Assembly (NCBI GenBank): GCA_043228905.1
Contig: JBHGNT010000009.1
Span: forward strand, 372,001 to 436,000
Direction: 5' to 3'
DNA from: Azolla caroliniana
Lineage: Eukaryota > Plantae > Polypodiophyta
Length of the DNA: 64,000 nt
A model generated the notes under the pieces. That model was not told the origin of the DNA. It made no database searches and was given only the letters and a program-made list of their open reading frames with translations. A program made the translations under genes and the position numbers. This document shows positions 9,614 through 21,526 of this stretch, in pieces; within the stretch, counting starts at the first letter, position 1, and each line of letters begins with the position of its first letter.

Positions 9614-10257
9614 CAAGGAAGAGGAAGACAAATACAAAAGAACAACAGAAGAAGAGAGGAGAGACAAGAAGGCAAGTAGAGAAGCGGGAAAAGAAAACAG
9701 AAAGAAAGAGGAAGAAGAGGCAAGAAAAAGAAAAAGACAAAAACGGAAAAAAGAGGGAAAAAGAGAACGATAAGGGGCATTCGAGGAGTTTTGAAAACTT
9801 GAGGGCATTCGAAGAATTTCGAAAAACATGATGGCATTGAAAAAAAATTAAAAAAATTAAAATTTAAAATTTAAAAATCAAAGGGCACATACAAAATTTT
9901 GAAAACTCATCCACCTAAAGAAATGGACGTGATCAACCACACACAACTCAAAACAAAGGAAGAACACACATACATACAACATATTTTTGACGACCCAAAT
10001 GATTTTACGAAGTTCCTAAGTCGACAGAACGAGAATGTTCGTGTCGCGGAAGATTTGCTGACCGACAAATGTGTTCGAGTCAAGCATTCCGATCGAGGGA
10101 GTCGATCGTTGAAAGGACCGATGGAAGTTCCGGTCAAAGAAATATCATCATCAAGGCATGTGGGATCGACGTGCAAGGCACTTTCCCACGGGCGTGCCAT
10201 ATTGTGTTACCTCGTACGAGATGTACGGAGAGTCAAGTGTGATGAGCGAGGGTCGAA

Positions 10258-10690
10258 TGTTATCATAATGTTGTTGTGTATGTGTAGGGGGCATAAATGT
10301 AATTGTGAGTCGATACGTATGTGAACACATGCACACGTGTGTGCATGTGGATGGATATGAGGAGGTATGAGTGAGTGTCCAGTATGAATGCTCTAGGGGG
10401 CTTACACCCCTTTGTATCTACCCCCTCTTGTACTATTTAACCCCCTTATGGGGAATGAATGAAAAATGAATCATTTCTCTCTATCTATCTCTCTTCCCTC
10501 CCCTTAACGTTGAACCCCCTTGGGAGGGGGGTGGAGCCATTCTAGGCACCACCCCCCACCCCGCAATGCTTCTCAATGCACATGATCTCTCTCGCCATCA
10601 ATCCCATACTCTCCATCATCATCATAACCACCATGTCTATCTTTATCATGATTATCATCGTCCTTAACCCTAGCCCTAAAACATACAACA
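10258..10690 (+). mobile_element. Probable LTR (TGTT...AACA) of a separate retroelement that truncates the copia 3' region
   Basis: Composition switches abruptly at acatacaaca|agtac (10690/10691). Starts with tgttat after a purine-rich gagggtcgaa and contains TATA-like tatttaa and a CT-rich tract. The left boundary is uncertain. Confidence 0.35.
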
Positions 10691-13600
10691 AGTACCGTCG
10701 TGATGACTTCCGCACAGCATGCACTTCTCTTCCTGAGTGCACAACTCTTCTTCATAGCCGCTTGCTCCGACTTGTTCGGATGTGTCGACTTCCTTCGTCG
10801 ACTCGGCTTCCTTCATCTTCTTGTCTCCTCTTCTTCCGGCTCTCCTCTTACCGACGGGTTCAACAATTCTTTGGCCTTTGCCCGTTTCGGTAGAGACTTT
10901 GCCCTTGCTTCTCCCCCTCAAGTGCGGCACGTCGAGATGCTGAATACCAAGCATGTCGGTAAAGTGCTGCAACTTGTCCGATCCGAGTGGCTTGGTGAAG
11001 ATGTCGGCAACTTGCCGATCCGTATGAACATACCGTAGGACAACTTCACCGCTCAGGACCCGCTCACGCACGAAGTGGTAGTGCACCTCGATGTGCTTTG
11101 TGCGAGCATGGAACACAGGGTTCCTGGCGAGCTGCAGGCTGCTCATGTTATCGCAGTAAATCGGGATCGGGGTCGGTACCTCGATCCGCAAGTCTCGCAG
11201 CAGTCGCCGAAGCCAGATGGCTTCACAAGTGGCAACGGTAGCGGCCCGGTACTCAGCCTCAGTGCTTGACAAAGCCACTGTGGGCTGCTTCTTGCTGCTC
11301 CACGCAATGGCCGCGCTACCTATGGAGAACATGTATCCGGAAGTGGAGCGGCGATCAGACGCATCGCCGGCCCAGTCAGCATCTGTGTAACCGACAAGCT
11401 CTTCGGGTATACCTCGCCGGTATAGCAGTCCCCAGTCCTTAGTGTCGCTGACATACGGTAATATTCGTTGCGCGCACTGAAGGTGCTCCACGGTCGGCTT
11501 CTGCATGAACTGACTTACCATGCCAACCGGATAGCTGATGTCGGGTCGGGTGATGGTTAAGTAGATCAGGCTTCCGACAACCTGTCGGAACCGTTTCTCA
11601 TTGCAGGCCGGTCCGGAGTTGGGACGGAGTTTCTGGTTCCGGTCCAAGGGTGTGGAGACAGGTCGGCAATCCGTCATGCCGAACTTATACAACATATTCA
11701 ACACGTAATGTCGTTGTGAGAGCAATATGCCGTCGGGGGTCCGGATCACTTCGATCCCAAGAAAATAATGAAGGTCCCCCAAGTCCTTCATTTCGAATGC
11801 GTCCGACAATTGGGACTTAACGCGGTTGATTTCGGGAAGACCCGGTCCGATGATGACTAAATCATCCACATACAAGAGTATACATACTGGACCGTCAGAG
11901 CCTTGCCGAATGAACAACGAAGAGTCCGACTTAGAGACAGCAAACCCCAGCTTACGCAACCGATGCGTGATCTTCGAGTTCCAGGCTTGGGGGGCTTGCT
12001 TCAAGCCGTAAAGCGACTTCTTCAGTCGGCATACTGCCGACTTGTTCATCTCCGATTGAAATCCGGGGGGCTGAGTCATAAAGACTTCTTCTTCAAGCTC
12101 TCCTTGAAGGAAGGCGTTCTTCACATCCATCTGGTGAAGATGCCACCCCCTTGCTGCAGCAACCGCCAGTACCACACGAACCGTCGTCATCTTTACCACA
12201 GGAGCGAAGGTCTCGTCGTAGTCGATTCCGTGGGTCTGCGCGTATCCCTTCGCCACTGACCGGGCTTTGTACCGGTTAACAGAACCGTCGGCGTTGTACT
12301 TGATCTTATACACCCACTTGCATCCGATCGTTTTACAGTGACGGGGAGGATCAACTAGGTCCCAAGTTTCGTTGGCATCGAGTGCCCGCATTTCTTCGTC
12401 CATAGCGGCACGCCAATTTGCGTCCTTTGCCGCTTCTGCGTAGCTCTCCGGCTCACGCACTTCTGTCACCTTAGTCATGTACGCATAATGATGCGCCATG
12501 TATTCATTGTACCCGTACCGCATGACGGGATCCTTCTGGCGGGTTGATCGGCGCAACACACCATCACCTGATTTGAGGCCCTTCTTGGCCAGTTCGGTCT
12601 TCGTTGCCAAAGATCCGCCTTTCTCCTTTCCGGAGTCGGATACGCACTGATCCGACTCATCGTTGCCGGTTTTGAATTCCAGCATCTTCCTCTTCCCCTT
12701 CTCTTTGCACGTGAACCGTTTCCTCGGTTCCTTGCGCGGGGAGAGCACGACAGAGTCCCCACCACTTGTCGTCTCTTCATCCGACTGGTCCAACCGACTC
12801 AGTCGCTCGTTCGGTCCACTCAACCGTAACGATTCCAGACTCTCATCTTGAGTCCCGGCTTCATCATCCTCTGCCAGGGCTGATTCAGGCTCACTGGCCT
12901 GATCTTCCGACATTGGGTTAGGATCGGAAGTCGGAGTCAGTACGGAGTACCAGGATACCGATTCATCGAACTCGACATCCTGGCTAACTCGGACTTCCTT
13001 CGTCCGGGGGTTATAGCACGTATACCCCTTTTGCTCTTGAGCATAGCCAACTAGGATGCATTTTTCCGATTTTGCATCCAGCTTTGTCCGCTTCTGATCC
13101 GGCACATGTACATACACTATGCTGCCGAATATCCGAAGGTGTCTTAAGTTCGGCTTGCGCCCGAAATACAGCTCATGAGCCGACACCTTGTCACCAATGC
13201 GGTTTTGAATGTAGACGGTCGTCCGGACCACCTCCACCCAGTAGAACCGGGGCATGCTCTTCTCCTCCAGCATTGCCCTTGCCGCTTCGACGAGTGTCTG
13301 GTTCTTCCTTTCGGCCACACCGTTTTGCTCCGGTGTGTATCTGCAGTTGAACTCTCGCCGAATTCCCTTCTGCTGCAGATAACTAGTGAATTGGCCGGAA
13401 AAATATTCCTTTCCGCCATCCGACCGAAGGCATTTGATCTTCCTCTCCAATTCCCATTCCACCATCTTCCGGAGGCTCCGGAAACAGTCGAAGACTTTTC
13501 TCTTCCGCTCAATGAGGTAGATCCAAGTATGTCGAGTATAGTCGTCGATGAAGGAGACGAAGTATCGGCTCCTGCCAAGGCTTACACTTTGTGTCGGTCC

Positions 13601-15220
13601 CCACACATCCGAATGGATGAGATCGAGCTTGTTACGGCTCCAGTTCCGTTCGGTGGGGAATGGAAGCCGATGTTGCTTCCCAAGTTGGCAGGCTTCACAA
13701 ATTTCGGCTCTCCGGCCGCTGAACTTTGGCAAACCGAAAACGACTTGTTTCGTTTGCAGGACTTGAAGCCTCCGGTAGTTGATGTGGCCTATCCGCTTGT
13801 GCCATAGGTCGATGTCCGACTCGACCTTCTGTCGTTTCGCGAATAGAGCAGTGCCAAAGTCATTGGTGTTGAGGATAAACATCCTCCTGTCTCTGCGCCC
13901 TTGCGCAATGACTTCACCCTCATCCTCAATGAAGCACCCGAGGTGCGTAAACCGCACCTGCATCCCCTGGTCGACAATCTGACCGACGGACACCAGGTTC
14001 TTCGTGATTGTTGGAACGTGTAATACGTTCATCAGCTTCCCTTTCTGTCTGACGTGGCTTAGAGGGACTTCTCCGACGTGCACGATTGGGTGAGGAGTGT
14101 CGTCTCCGGTTTCGCCTACTCCTGGTTGATCCGGTTTCTCCAGAAAGGAGAACCACTCTTTGTGGCTCGTCATGTGGTTCGACGCGCCGGAATCAACATA
14201 CCACACTTCCTCCGTTTTGGAAGTGGTCTTCTTCATTGAGTTTGCCTTGTGATTCATCACCAAGGCTGGCCCCTTACCGGCCTTTCCGGTTCCGGATCCT
14301 CCGGATCCGTTTGCGTAGTGCGAGTTTTGTCGGCCACCCTTACCAGTCTTGCTGTATCCGGATTTGTCCGAATCGGCATGCTTTTTCCAGCACTCGTTTT
14401 CCTTGTGGCCTTTTTTGCCACAGTACCAGCATTCTGTAGCGGATTTGTCTTGCCGGCCTCCGGCACCGCCTTGACTCCCCCTGCTTGTGGAAGTCCCGGA
14501 ATTGTTGTCGGCACACTCATAGTGCCTTCGTTCCTGCTCTTGCCGACCGCCTCCATTGCGTGTTGACCCACCTCTTCCACCACGCCCACGGAGCCGATCC
14601 GTTCCCGTGTACAGAATTTGGTTGTCCGGGGATGCACTGGTAGATGCACCGACGTGGTTCTCCTCTACAAGGAGCATCGACTGTAAGTCGAAGAATGAGG
14701 GGATATTCTCCCTTGTACACACCGCAGTCCGGAACGCTCCAAACTTGGACGCCAGGCCTCCGAGACATACCTGCACCATCTCGTCTTCCTCTACGGTAAC
14801 ATTGATAGAGGCGAGTGAGTCGCAGATTTCCTTTATCCGGCCCGTGTAGTCTGCCACGGACATGTTCTTCTGTCGAACATTGCTCAACTCCTGTCTGAGT
14901 TGCAGCTTCCGGGCAGTGGTGCTTGCAGCAAAAACCTTTTTCAGGTTCCCCCAAGCATCCTTCGGTGTCTTGGCGTCACGGATGTGGCTGAGCAGCTGAT
15001 CGCCGACACTGGACGCGAAGCAGTACATCACCCTGCTTGCCGCATGTTCCCATACCGGGAAGTCCTTGTGTGCCGAGTCAGGCGCCGCATCATTCGCTCC
15101 TTCGACATAACTCCAGTACCCGTGTCCAAGCAGGTACTGGTGCATCTTGTAAGACCAGGATGCGTAGTTGCTCCTGTCAAGCTTCTCCACCGGGACCGAC
15201 GTAGCCATGCCTCTATCCAT
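10676..15220 (-). CDS. Copia gag-pol polyprotein
   Basis: 1514-aa ORF with zinc knuckle CWYCGKKGHKENEC, protease WYVDSGAS, integrase HKRIGH/CEAC/HSDVWG/SDGG/AERKN, RT LYVDD, and RNase H DADW/EAEY/CDN/ADIFTK. The last few codons read across the 10690 junction. Confidence 0.95.
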   Translation of the reverse strand: MDRGMATSVPVEKLDRSNYASWSYKMHQYLLGHGYWSYVEGANDAAPDSAHKDFPVWEHAASRVMYCFASSVGDQLLSHIRDAKTPKDAWGNLKKVFAASTTARKLQLRQELSNVRQKNMSVADYTGRIKEICDSLASINVTVEEDEMVQVCLGGLASKFGAFRTAVCTRENIPSFFDLQSMLLVEENHVGASTSASPDNQILYTGTDRLRGRGGRGGSTRNGGGRQEQERRHYECADNNSGTSTSRGSQGGAGGRQDKSATECWYCGKKGHKENECWKKHADSDKSGYSKTGKGGRQNSHYANGSGGSGTGKAGKGPALVMNHKANSMKKTTSKTEEVWYVDSGASNHMTSHKEWFSFLEKPDQPGVGETGDDTPHPIVHVGEVPLSHVRQKGKLMNVLHVPTITKNLVSVGQIVDQGMQVRFTHLGCFIEDEGEVIAQGRRDRRMFILNTNDFGTALFAKRQKVESDIDLWHKRIGHINYRRLQVLQTKQVVFGLPKFSGRRAEICEACQLGKQHRLPFPTERNWSRNKLDLIHSDVWGPTQSVSLGRSRYFVSFIDDYTRHTWIYLIERKRKVFDCFRSLRKMVEWELERKIKCLRSDGGKEYFSGQFTSYLQQKGIRREFNCRYTPEQNGVAERKNQTLVEAARAMLEEKSMPRFYWVEVVRTTVYIQNRIGDKVSAHELYFGRKPNLRHLRIFGSIVYVHVPDQKRTKLDAKSEKCILVGYAQEQKGYTCYNPRTKEVRVSQDVEFDESVSWYSVLTPTSDPNPMSEDQASEPESALAEDDEAGTQDESLESLRLSGPNERLSRLDQSDEETTSGGDSVVLSPRKEPRKRFTCKEKGKRKMLEFKTGNDESDQCVSDSGKEKGGSLATKTELAKKGLKSGDGVLRRSTRQKDPVMRYGYNEYMAHHYAYMTKVTEVREPESYAEAAKDANWRAAMDEEMRALDANETWDLVDPPRHCKTIGCKWVYKIKYNADGSVNRYKARSVAKGYAQTHGIDYDETFAPVVKMTTVRVVLAVAAARGWHLHQMDVKNAFLQGELEEEVFMTQPPGFQSEMNKSAVCRLKKSLYGLKQAPQAWNSKITHRLRKLGFAVSKSDSSLFIRQGSDGPVCILLYVDDLVIIGPGLPEINRVKSQLSDAFEMKDLGDLHYFLGIEVIRTPDGILLSQRHYVLNMLYKFGMTDCRPVSTPLDRNQKLRPNSGPACNEKRFRQVVGSLIYLTITRPDISYPVGMVSQFMQKPTVEHLQCAQRILPYVSDTKDWGLLYRRGIPEELVGYTDADWAGDASDRRSTSGYMFSIGSAAIAWSSKKQPTVALSSTEAEYRAATVATCEAIWLRRLLRDLRIEVPTPIPIYCDNMSSLQLARNPVFHARTKHIEVHYHFVRERVLSGEVVLRYVHTDRQVADIFTKPLGSDKLQHFTDMLGIQHLDVPHLRGRSKGKVSTETGKGQRIVEPVGKRRAGRRGDKKMKEAESTKEVDTSEQVGASGYEEELCTQEEKCMLCGSHHDGTCCMF

Positions 15221-15790
15221 GTCTTCTACTGTGTCTGTTTTCGACCTGTTAGGGTTTTCTTCTCAAGAGTAAATGTCTGCAGCAGAGGTTCTCAACCCTC
15301 ACGCTCTGATACCATGAGAACGTAAGTGTTTGCGGAAGCGTAAAACAGAGAACAACACACACACACAGAGACAGAGAGAGAGCGAGAGAGACAGAGAGAG
15401 CAGAACACAATTTCAAAATTATATCAAAACTCTGTACACACACTGTGCTAAGTAGCACTATTTATACAAGTCCTCTTGGGACTGACAGAAGTACCATGTA
15501 CTTCAATGCTCACACGAGCATCTGACACTTACTACGAGACTATAGCTACCTAGTAGTCTATCCTATACTAGGCTTCCGATTGGACTTCCGGTTACGGATT
15601 GCACCCGGCCTCCACTGCTTGCCGGTTCGGTTGCTCACCGTACTACCGATCCGTTTTGCCCGATCCGTCTCGCTTACCGGCTCCGGCTTATTCAGCCGAT
15701 CCGGCTGCGGTTGAGCTTGCCGCTCAACACAAAATCTACCTTGAGTTTGAGGAACTGCGGGGCAAAGAGGGCTGCGGATGAAAATGCTCA
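10691..15790 (-). mobile_element. Ty1/copia LTR retrotransposon (5' LTR and full pol; 3' LTR not in place)
   Basis: LTR 15315-15790 (TGAG...CTCA), tRNA-iMet PBS TGGTATCAGAGC on - at 15314-15303, and an intact gag-pol ORF. Confidence 0.93.
15315..15790 (-). repeat. 5' LTR of copia element
   Basis: TGAG...CTCA termini, adjacent to the PBS, with TATAAAT on the - strand at ~15459-15465. Confidence 0.8.
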
Positions 15791-15956
15791 TAACTCCTCA
15801 CTACGGTAACGGAATTCAGAAAATAAACATTCATTAGAAAGCTCTCTGAAAAAGCTCTCCAACGAGCTATAGAAAGAAGATAATGATGGCAAGAGAGAAA
15901 CAGACGCACAGAAAGAAAGAAAACGATGAAGATAGAGAGAGAGAGAGAGAGAGATC

Positions 15957-16110
15957 TTGTTCAACCCCTACATTCCACAGTGGCATCTAGTGAAATAGGA
16001 GATATATATGAAGTATATAATAGAGAGGTGAGAAAATTGGGTTTCCAACCCAAGACACAATGCTTGTAGTGCTATCAACTTACCACTAGGGTAAGATAAT
16101 TACTATAAAA
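15957..16110 (+). mobile_element. 5'-truncated copy of tRNA-derived SINE family
   Basis: gttcaacccctacattccacagtggcatctagtgaa...ttgggtttccaacccaagac...ttaccactagggtaag, shared with the copies at 16370, 20151 and 20389. Confidence 0.6.
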
Positions 16111-16369
16111 GAGAGATGTTGTTCGAGTATAGTCGTAATTGGGATATGCGCAATGCTTTTGTATTTGATGGTAGGCATAGAGTGAAAGCATATCTACAAA
16201 AGTTGAAGGGAATACTAATGTGGCAATTTTCTTTATTAGAACAAGTGGAAGTTCTTTCCTCAATTGAGTGTTCATCTTGCCTATTGGTAATTCAACATGA
16301 TCCACTACCCATGTATTGTAGTGAGTGGGTGACCATACTCCATAGTGACATCCATTATAAGTAGTGAGA

Positions 16370-16550
16370 GATGTAGCAGTTAGTAAGGTTGTCCAATGGA
16401 AACCATGTTGTCATGGGGTCAACCCCTACATTCCACAGTGGCATCTAGTGAAACACAGATATATATGGTATAATAGAAAATTGGGTTTCAAACCTAAGAT
16501 GTAAGGTTAGTAGTGTAAATGACTTACCACTAGGGTAAGCTAATTATAAT
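16370..16550 (+). mobile_element. tRNA-derived SINE copy
   Basis: gatgtagcagttagtaagg (degenerate A box) ... ggtcaacccc (B box), plus the shared 3' body. Confidence 0.62.
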
Positions 16551-18090
16551 AGCAAGTAAGTTAGTTTGGGAAGAGAAATGGAGAGATGAAACATCTGAAG
16601 TGAAGGTGAACTAGAGAGAAATTTCCGTCAATCACAATAGATTACCACTAAACTACATTAACTTTCAAATTTTATAATATAACCAATGGTAGAATTATTA
16701 TACCCTTAGTATGTAGGGCAATCTTATATATTCCACAAAATAAAATGCTCTTCTTTCATCAAGTTCTCAATATCAATGAATATAAATAAAGAATTCAAAA
16801 GTGAAATGTAACATGTACCAATAGTAGAAATAGCATCATTTCGCTAAATAATCAAAGGTAGAGGATACATTCATGATAGTTGAATGTATTGTTCTTTGGA
16901 TTTGGATATAGAAAAGCCTAAGGTGATGCCATTTATGTAAAGGATATACGATTAGAGGTAACAACACATACACGTATGCACATTTGCATACACAAAATAT
17001 AGTGAATCTATAAACCTACATTTATATATGCAACTTGTACAAGTAGAACATAAACTTGAATGACTCATTAAAGTGTCTTTATACATAGACATAGATGTAG
17101 ATATAATATCATTTCAGTTATGTCCATGAGATGGTGATATATGAAAGAGGGAAGCTTAAACTAAAAGCCAAAGCCCAATAGAGAATGAGATTGAAAGATT
17201 ATTTAGTAATGATGATAATATATTAAACTATTGAATTGAAATCAAAGTTTTGTTATGAGTCATTAATACGGTATGGAGCATGATGAGTGTGCACACATTA
17301 TTTGTCAACTTATATCTTGGAACCCCCAAAAGACGGGTTGTTTTATCATCCATTATTGATTTGACACTATTATTCGACGATCAAATAAAGAAGCTCATCA
17401 AAATCAAAAGCATACATTTGAGTTACAACCGTTATCACTATTTTATTTCCCAAATCATCGTGAATGCCTAAGATTGTGATTCAAGAATGATACTACTATA
17501 ACAAATTGTCCAAGATATGTCACTACTTGCTTTCTCTAAGTGTGGATCTATAAATCTCTCTTACTGTGTTTCGACTATAGAGAAACCATAATTCATTTGG
17601 GAAAGGTGGAGTGGTCATAATTTGAGAATGAAGATCATATATAATGTTAAAAAAGTGCACAAAAACGGTTGACCACGTGCAACATGGCAGGCTAGCAGCC
17701 ATCAAATCAACCCTTCTACTCTGCATAGACATTTCAAGTATGCATAATAGTATCATACTTTTATGAACAAAATAAAAACATTTTGTTTTCTAAGAGGATG
17801 TGAGTATTTAGGAGAATAAATATTGTGTTTATCTTTAATATCTATTCTCAAATTGGTAGAATAAAATAAGATATGGAAACCAATTAAGTAAATTTGTTTT
17901 CACTTGATTTCATGTAGAACTTCTCCATATGCTTCAAACCATGCTATTGTTGCAAACATGGAAAAGAAACCTAACAAACTCCTCAAAAGAATTTCCTCGG
18001 ATACGTTTTCGGAACAAATTCATATATAAAGGCTTTCTCATAAAATATGCATTTGCATTTTATGAGAAGACAAGAAAAATGTCCTGGCGC

Positions 18091-18091
<1 letters not shown>

Positions 18092-18128
<37 letters not shown>
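18092..18128. repeat. (GT)n microsatellite
   Basis: Run of ~18 GT units. Confidence 0.95.
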
Positions 18129-18132
<4 letters not shown>

Positions 18133-20150
18133 TCCGCGCATGGTGTTTGTGTGTGTCTCTTTGACCTATGGGTGGAAACAATTTTTTGTATTATAGTAGG
18201 ATGATTTAATGAATACTTTATATGTATATTTCTAACTCGTAGTATCACCCACCCTAACGGAATATTTAGGGTGTTGATCATGCAAAGGTAGTGATGATTG
18301 TGATACCAATGACCTCAAATAAACAAATACAATATTAATTCATCTCCCTTCATAGAAAGGGCATTGTTACTTTAAAATCCATGTTCTTTTTCTCAAGGTG
18401 CCATCTCTTGAAAATGAGATCCTTACTATGTTTCATTACTAGACATAGGCTTTGTTGCTTGAGTTATAAATTCACAGCAAATTTAACATTTCACTCCACT
18501 TGAATTCATAAAAAAGAGACTTTGTTGTTCTTGACTTATCATCCACTTCACATTCTTTTGCATAATTGCTTATGCTATAATTGGGGTTAAGCTCATTTGA
18601 AAATTTGCATCGGTAGAAGGCGAATCTAGAAACGTCAAAGTTCACATTTTACACAAGTGTTGATGTTCGCAATGTTGTACGCATCTTTCTTTTTTCCTTG
18701 GGAACAATTCATCAATGGAGGAGACATTTTTATTACAATCCATGGGATAAACTAAGATGAATATAAACTTTTTATTATCACAATACAATCTACATTGTAA
18801 GATAAACCTTGGACTTACATACATCATTTTGTGATCCAATCTTATCACTTCACAAGCACATTGTTTCTCTGCATGTCTTGCATTTTCCACTTCTATGATG
18901 ATTTCCTTGGCTTTTTTTTCTCTTACATGAAAACTTAAACAAATATAAACATGAATGAAATTGTTTTCACCACCATACATGCCACAAGGATACACATGAA
19001 ACAAGCGTAAGACACAAAAGTATGGGATAAACATGAATTAGTCATGAAGCACTAAGATGCATAGATGCCCTCGTGCATTTTTTCGATTACCTCGATGACA
19101 CTGAAATTTTATAAATTACTCCCATTGTGACTCATTTATTTATGTATCCCACAGAATGCAAGTCCTTGATGAAAAAGAAAATCAATTTAGAAAACAAACT
19201 TGGGAGGAACACTTATTATTGTTTCACATCCATTTTAAATATGAGCCATTCAATAATATAATTGAGATATGAACATTGTGCAATTCAACATAATATCTTC
19301 GTAACCCCTCATTTTGTTTTTTACCTTGTTACATATCTGAAATGAAAGTTTAGTGATTAAAAAACTAAAATGTCTCCCTCAAAAAATGAAGTTCAAAACT
19401 CACTAAGTAGTTTTATGAGTTTTTTTCTTCTTTAGTGGTAATTTGACTTAACTAAAACATTTATTGAACAACTAATATAGATACTCTAGCACATATTCAA
19501 GAATAGAAAGGTGATAAGGAGTGAACTGCAATTCATGTTTAAAAGATGATTCAAATCATAAAAGCCTTTACGTCTATTATCTTTGGCAACGCCATTTTAG
19601 CACAACCAATAAAATGCTTGATGTTCTTGAGTGTCACTATTAAGTAATGTTTATCGAGAGACTTGATCTTCTTTCATGGTACCCATTTTCTATGACAAGC
19701 ATCCTCTTCCAACCACTTAATTACAGTAATTAGGTATTTCTCATAGACATGGTGGCAGCAAAGTGTGTTTAAGGAGGCAATCGAACCATTTCTTGGCTCT
19801 CACCTACTGATAGTGCAAAAATCTTTTAAGAGATCCAATGGGTTGAAATGTCACAAGCCATACATATATTGGGGGTAATAATGGATGATAGCAAATGGGT
19901 TCAAGTCATGGATAAAATGTTTATATCGATTTCGGAAACTAAAGATGTTGTTTGACACCGTCAATAGCAAGTTATAGGTCGATTGAAGTAAAAGATTGAC
20001 AACATTCATGTGAACTAATTATGGACAAGACAAAATGGGTTTGCCCAATTCATGTTGGGGAATAAAAACGAGTGTAAAAGAACCTAGGTTTAGTACTCAT
20101 AACTCATTACATACTAATGAAGAGAGAATGAGAGAGACATAGAGGCCAAA

Positions 20151-20342
20151 TGGATGTAGCTCAGTTGGTAAGGTTCCGCAATGGAGACAAAGAGGTCATG
20201 GGTTCAACCCCTCCATTCTATAGTGGCATCTAGTGAATTAAAAGAGATATTGTTACTATGAAGTATCTAATAGAGAGGTGAGATAATTGGGTTTTAAACC
20301 CAAGACATAGTGCTTACCACTAGGGTTTAAGGTACTTATAAT

Positions 20343-20345
<3 letters not shown>
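20151..20345 (+). mobile_element. tRNA-derived SINE copy (best preserved)
   Basis: A box TAGCTCAGTTGG and B box GGTTCAACCCC, then the family body, ending in an A-rich/(GA)n tail. Confidence 0.68.
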
Positions 20346-20382
<37 letters not shown>

Positions 20383-20388
20383 ACCTTA

Positions 20389-20530
20389 CGTAAGGTTGCC
20401 CAATGGACCTTCCTAACCAGGAGGTCACGGGTTCAACCCCTACATTCCACACTATCTAGTAAATTAAAAGAGATATGGATGATACTCGGTTTCGAACCCA
20501 AGACATAGTGCTTCTAGTGTAACAACTATG
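20389..20530 (+). mobile_element. tRNA-derived SINE copy (5'-truncated)
   Basis: gtaaggttgcccaatgga...gaggtcacgggttcaacccctacattccac...acccaagacatagtgctt. Confidence 0.6.
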
Positions 20531-20971
20531 TTTAAAAAATAAAAATAAAAATAAAAATTTAAAAAAGAGAGAGAGATCTCTTTTCTTTCTTTCTCTCCAC
20601 ACGCGAGGAGCCTCTGAGAGAGTGCCACGTGGCATGGCCTGTGGGCCCCGATAGTCTTGCGCCACAGAAGTCTATTTTTCTACATATATATATGTATGCT
20701 GTTGTTCTAAAACATTAAAACTAAAGAAAGAATTACAGAGAGGAAAAGCAGATAATAACCAATAATAATAATAATAATAATAACAAATTTTAAATAAATA
20801 AATAAATAAAATAACAGAGGAGGAAGAAAAGGCAGCTCTGCTTCTGCCTTCTGCCTTCTGCAGGCTTCTGCCTTCTTCTGCGCATTCTACACAGTCAGTC
20901 TGCAGATCCATCTCTCCCCCCTCTTCCTTCTGCTTCTGAATCTCCATAATCCTCCTCCTAAGACCTTTACC

Positions 20972-21526
20972 ATGGCTCAGGAGAGTTGGGACAGAGACCC
21001 CACCTCCCATGACGCCATGGCCATGGCAGCATCAAACGCAGAGAAACCCCTCCCTTCGTCCTCACTCATCTCTGATCAGAGCCCCAACTCTAATTCTAGC
21101 CCCACTACAAGTGCTATCCCTACTTCTTCTAACTCCAACGCCCCTAACTCTGGAACCATCCCTAATCATTTCAACCCTAACCCTCACAACAGATCTGCAG
21201 TGTCGCCGTTTCATACTCAAACCGTCCATTTGCCTACTTCCGAGATGTTTGTGTCAAGACAGATGATGATACAATCTGGATCCGGATCTGCATCTGCATC
21301 TGCATCTGGGGGGATGCCACAGGTCCTGGAATCCAAGAGATGCTGGGTGTGCAAGAAGCGGACGGGGCTAGTAGCCTTCAAGTGCCGGTGCGGGGCCGGG
21401 CTGTTCTGCGCACACCACCGCTACCCGGACAAGCACGCCTGCCCATTCGACTACCGATTGGCCGCCCGCATCGCAATCGCCAAAGCCAACCCACTCATTC
21501 TCGCGCCCAAGCTCCACAAGATCTAA
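20972..21526 (+). CDS. AN1-type zinc finger stress-associated protein (SAP-like, no A20 domain)
   Basis: Intronless 184-aa ORF. C-terminal [39 protein letters not shown]...[14 protein letters not shown] matches the plant SAP AN1 finger. A G-box (ccacgtggc, ~20625) lies upstream and a CT-rich leader precedes the ATG. Confidence 0.93.
   Translation: MAQESWDRDPTSHDAMAMAASNAEKPLPSSSLISDQSPNSNSSPTTSAIPTSSNSNAPNSGTIPNHFNPNPHNRSAVSPFHTQTVHLPTSEMFVSRQMMIQSGSGSASASASGGMPQVLESKRCWVCKKRTGLVAFKCRCGAGLFCAHHRYPDKHACPFDYRLAARIAIAKANPLILAPKLHKI

Noticed and set aside
9458-9837. Lys/Glu/Arg-rich ORFs
   Set aside because: They span the transposon end and low-complexity purine-rich flank, with no recognisable domain.
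20151-20225. Functional tRNA gene
   Set aside because: The acceptor and anticodon stems do not pair well, and it is followed by a body shared with three other dispersed copies, as in a SINE.
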